Shown here: one piece after another, positions 60,162-63,088 of the stretch
Position numbering within the stretch: the stretch's first letter is position 1
How the letters are laid out: the number at the start of each line of letters is the position of its first letter
Assembly (NCBI GenBank): GCA_964343385.1
Contig: CAYFJH010000001.1
Coordinates: forward strand, 1-63,088
Direction: 5' to 3'
Length of the DNA: 63,088 bases
Origin: an uncultured Novosphingobium sp.
GTDB taxonomy: Bacteria > Pseudomonadota > Alphaproteobacteria > Sphingomonadales > Sphingomonadaceae
The notes under the pieces: model-generated
The model's input: only the letters and a program-made list of their open reading frames with translations
What the model was told of the DNA's origin: nothing
Databases searched by the model: none
Translations under genes and position numbers: made by a program

Positions 60162-62257
60162 TGAGCACCACCACCCTGCCCATCGCCATCAACGCCGTCA
60201 CCTCGCTGTCATGGGACGGATCGATTGCCTTGCTGTGCATCGATTCTCCGCCGGTGAACGCCTTGTCTCTCGCCGTGCGCGAAGGCCTGTTGGCGGGACT
60301 TAAGACAGCGCTCGAAGCCCCCGAAACTGACGCGATCGTCCTGTGCTGTCAGGGCCGCACCTTCTTCGCGGGTGCCGACATCAGCGAGTTCGGCAAGCCG
60401 TTCCAGAATCCCACGCTTTGGGATGTCATTGACGCGGTCGAGGGCGCTTCCAAACCCGTCATCGCCGCCATGCACGGAACGGTGCTGGGTGGCGGCCTGG
60501 AGGTCGCGCTTGCCTGCCATTACCGCATCGCCGCGCCGTCCTGCGCTTGCGGGCTTCCCGAAGTGAAACTCGGCATCCTGCCGGGAGCCGGAGGCACGCA
60601 ACGCCTGCCGCGCCTGATCGGCGTAGAAGCCGCGATCGACATGATCGTCGGCGGCGATCCGATCGATGCCGGAACAGCCCTGGCTCGCGGCTTGATCGAT
60701 TGCCTGGCAAGCGAAGATGGATTGCGCGACGATGCCGTTGCCTTTGCCAGGCGATTGGTTGCCGAAGGCGGCGCGCTTCGGCGCGTATCCGGCGATGACA
60801 GCAAGCTGGCAACGGCAGATCGGCTGCAGACCCTGATCGATCAATACAAGTCGGCAAACGCCCGCAAGATCAAAGGACTCGACGCGCCGCACGCCTGTCT
60901 TGAGGCTATGGCGGCGGCATGTACCCTTCCCTTCAGCGAAGGTCTGGCGCTGGAGCAGCGCCTGTTCGACAAACTGGTCGTCAGCCCGCAGGCGGCGGCG
61001 CGGCGGCATACTTTCTTTGCCGAACGGCAATCCGCGCGCATTCCGGGGGTGGCGGCCGATGTCAAAGCCATGCCGGTCACCACGGTCGGCGTCATTGGCG
61101 GCGGGACGATGGGCCGCGGCATTGCCATTTGCTTTCTCAATGCTGGCTATGGGGTTACCATGGTCGAAACGACCGACGCGGCCCTTGAGCGCGCGCTGGA
61201 GGCGGTCCGCTCAACCTATGCCGGTCAGGTGCAACGCGGCCGGCTGGACGCAGCGGAAGCCGACCACCGCACCGCTCGTCTCTCCGGCGCGCCGGACCTC
61301 TCTGCCGTGACCCGGTGCGACCTCGTTGTGGAGGCCGTGTTCGAGGACATGGGCGTCAAGCAGGCGCTCTTCGCCCAGCTCGGCCGCCTGATGAAGGCCG
61401 ATGCGATCCTGGCGACCAACACCTCCTTCCTGGACGTCGACGCCATCGCCGCAGCGACAGATCGTCCTCACATGGTCGTCGGCCTCCACTTCTTCTCGCC
61501 AGCCAATATCATGCGCCTGCTCGAAGTCGTGCGCGGCGCGGCAACGGCAGATCATGTCCTTGCCACCGCAATGGCCGTCGGCCGAAAACTGGGCAAGATG
61601 TCCGTGCTGGTTGGCAATTGCCATGGCTTTGTCGGCAACCGCATCCTCGCTGCGCGTCAGCGTGAAGCGGAACGCCTTATGCTTGAAGGCGTGACGCCCT
61701 GGGACATCGATCGTGTCCACACGGACTTCGGAATGCCGATGGGTCCGTTCGCCATGTACGATCTGGCGGGGCTCGATCTGGGATGGAGCGCCGAAACGTC
61801 ACGCGGCGAGACGGTGATCGAACGGTTGTGCGAAGCAGGGCGACGCGGGCAGAAAACGGGCGCGGGCTTCTATGACTATGACCAGAAACGCCAGGCCCTC
61901 CCCTCTCCGCTCACCGAGGAAATCATCGCCGCAGTGGCTGCGGTAAAGGGCATTCAGCCATCGCCGGCATCCGACGCGGGCATCTGGGAGCGCTGCGCCT
62001 ATCCGATGATCAACGAAGCTGCCCGTATCCTGGAAGAGGGAATGGCAAGCCGCGCATCCGACATCGATCTCATCTGGATCAACGGCTATGGCTGGCCGGC
62101 CCAGACCGGCGGGCCGCTGTTCTATGCCGACACGGTGGGGCTGGACCGGATCGTTGCCAGCCTTTCGGCCCTGGCAGCGCGCTATGGTGCCGATTTCAAA
62201 CCCGCGCCGCTGCTCGAACGTCTGGCGCGAGAAGGCCGGGGATTCGCTTCGCTTTGA
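60161..62257 (+). CDS. enoyl-CoA hydratase / 3-hydroxyacyl-CoA dehydrogenase (PimF/FadB-like)
   Basis: AGADI, GGGLE, GLPEV, GGGTMG, TNTS, HFFSPA. Confidence 0.95.
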   Translation: MSTTTLPIAINAVTSLSWDGSIALLCIDSPPVNALSLAVREGLLAGLKTALEAPETDAIVLCCQGRTFFAGADISEFGKPFQNPTLWDVIDAVEGASKPVIAAMHGTVLGGGLEVALACHYRIAAPSCACGLPEVKLGILPGAGGTQRLPRLIGVEAAIDMIVGGDPIDAGTALARGLIDCLASEDGLRDDAVAFARRLVAEGGALRRVSGDDSKLATADRLQTLIDQYKSANARKIKGLDAPHACLEAMAAACTLPFSEGLALEQRLFDKLVVSPQAAARRHTFFAERQSARIPGVAADVKAMPVTTVGVIGGGTMGRGIAICFLNAGYGVTMVETTDAALERALEAVRSTYAGQVQRGRLDAAEADHRTARLSGAPDLSAVTRCDLVVEAVFEDMGVKQALFAQLGRLMKADAILATNTSFLDVDAIAAATDRPHMVVGLHFFSPANIMRLLEVVRGAATADHVLATAMAVGRKLGKMSVLVGNCHGFVGNRILAARQREAERLMLEGVTPWDIDRVHTDFGMPMGPFAMYDLAGLDLGWSAETSRGETVIERLCEAGRRGQKTGAGFYDYDQKRQALPSPLTEEIIAAVAAVKGIQPSPASDAGIWERCAYPMINEAARILEEGMASRASDIDLIWINGYGWPAQTGGPLFYADTVGLDRIVASLSALAARYGADFKPAPLLERLAREGRGFASL

Positions 62258-62281
62258 ATATCCCCATAGCCTAGCCGCTGT

Positions 62282-62985
62282 TCAGCCGAGCGTCAGGCCC
62301 CCGTCAATGATCAGCGTCTGTCCGGTCAGATAGCTGGCGGCGTCCGATGCAAGGAAGGCGACTGCCCCGGCGATTTCGACCGGCTCTCCAAGGCGCTTCA
62401 TGGGGATGGATTGACGGATCGACTCAATGCGATCCTCCGGAATGGTCAGCGTCAGGCCCGAACGCATCTGCCCCGGCGCGACGGCGTTCACGCGAATGCC
62501 GTCCTTCGCCCATTGCGCCGCCAGATCGCGCGTCAGGTGGACGATCGCGGCCTTCGTCGTTGTATAGGGCACGATCTGGGCAACCTCCGGCATGAAAGAG
62601 GTGAATGCCCCGGTCGATGCCGTAAAGATGATGGCCCCCTTGCCCGCCGGCAGCATGATCCTGGCTGCTTCGCGGGCGGCGATGAAAGATCCCGTCAGGT
62701 TGACGTTGATGATCTTCTGCCAGCCGGACAAGGGAATGTCCTGCGGCGCACCCGACCAGGACGCACCGGCATTGTTGACCATTATGTCGAGCCCTCCAAA
62801 GGCATTGGCACAATGGGCAACAGCAGCACGGACCTGATCTTCGTCGCCGATGTCGCAGGCCACCGCCGCCGCTTTGACACCAAATCCGGTTTCGACGCGG
62901 TGGGCGAGATCGGCGCAGGCGGCCTCCTTGCGTGCGCAAAGAACCAGGTTGGCCCCCCTATCGGCAAGACCCGCCGCAATCGCGC
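62282..62985 (-). CDS. SDR oxidoreductase, native N-terminus missing (chimeric junction)
   Basis: NNAG, YTTTK, IDGG present; glycine-rich TGxxxGxG motif absent. Confidence 0.8.
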
Positions 62986-63088
62986 GGGGAGACATGGAAA
63001 GATCTCCGCAGGGTGACAAACAGGAGTGCAGATGAAAATCAGCGAGGATGATCATCAGACCAGAACCGGATAGAGTTTCCCTGAAACG
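62986..63088 (-). other. foreign fragment: PHP-domain N-terminus preceded by a DRTGG-like C-terminus
   Basis: [23 protein letters not shown]; upstream [14 protein letters not shown]; lower GC. Confidence 0.6.

Overview
GC-rich alphaproteobacterial DNA, probably from a sphingomonad (inferred from the TonB-dependent receptors, the tRNA fragment and gene content). It falls into three blocks. (1) 1-6.9 kb is the end of a probable tRNA-Glu-integrated island. It carries a CsgG/HfaB-type secretin, two secreted HfaD/HfaA-like proteins, REC and REC-EAL regulators, a sensor-less HWE kinase and a vapBC pair, and it ends at a tRNA-Glu 3' fragment (att-like). (2) About 7.35-47.5 kb is a Mo-nitrogenase cluster with nifB, nifHDKENX, fdxB, nifQ, iscA-nifUSV-cysE-nifW-fixABCX and nifA. 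About 25 poorly characterised accessory genes are mixed in, and many sit behind readable sigma54 promoters with NifA UAS sites. Decayed gene fragments flank the cluster on both sides. (3) 48.4-63 kb is an acyl-CoA catabolic cluster (TonB receptor, lvaC/lvaD-like and pim-like genes) that shares a repeated operator. The last ~100 bp appear to be foreign (chimeric) sequence. The best candidates for undescribed biology are a NifA-driven TPR-like + AAA+ ATPase + IsdG-like operon, a DegT-fold protein lacking its catalytic lysine in the nifB operon, a nitroreductase-Rieske-globin operon, and the Hfa/curli-like secretion locus. All family assignments are by eye from motifs; no database searches were run.
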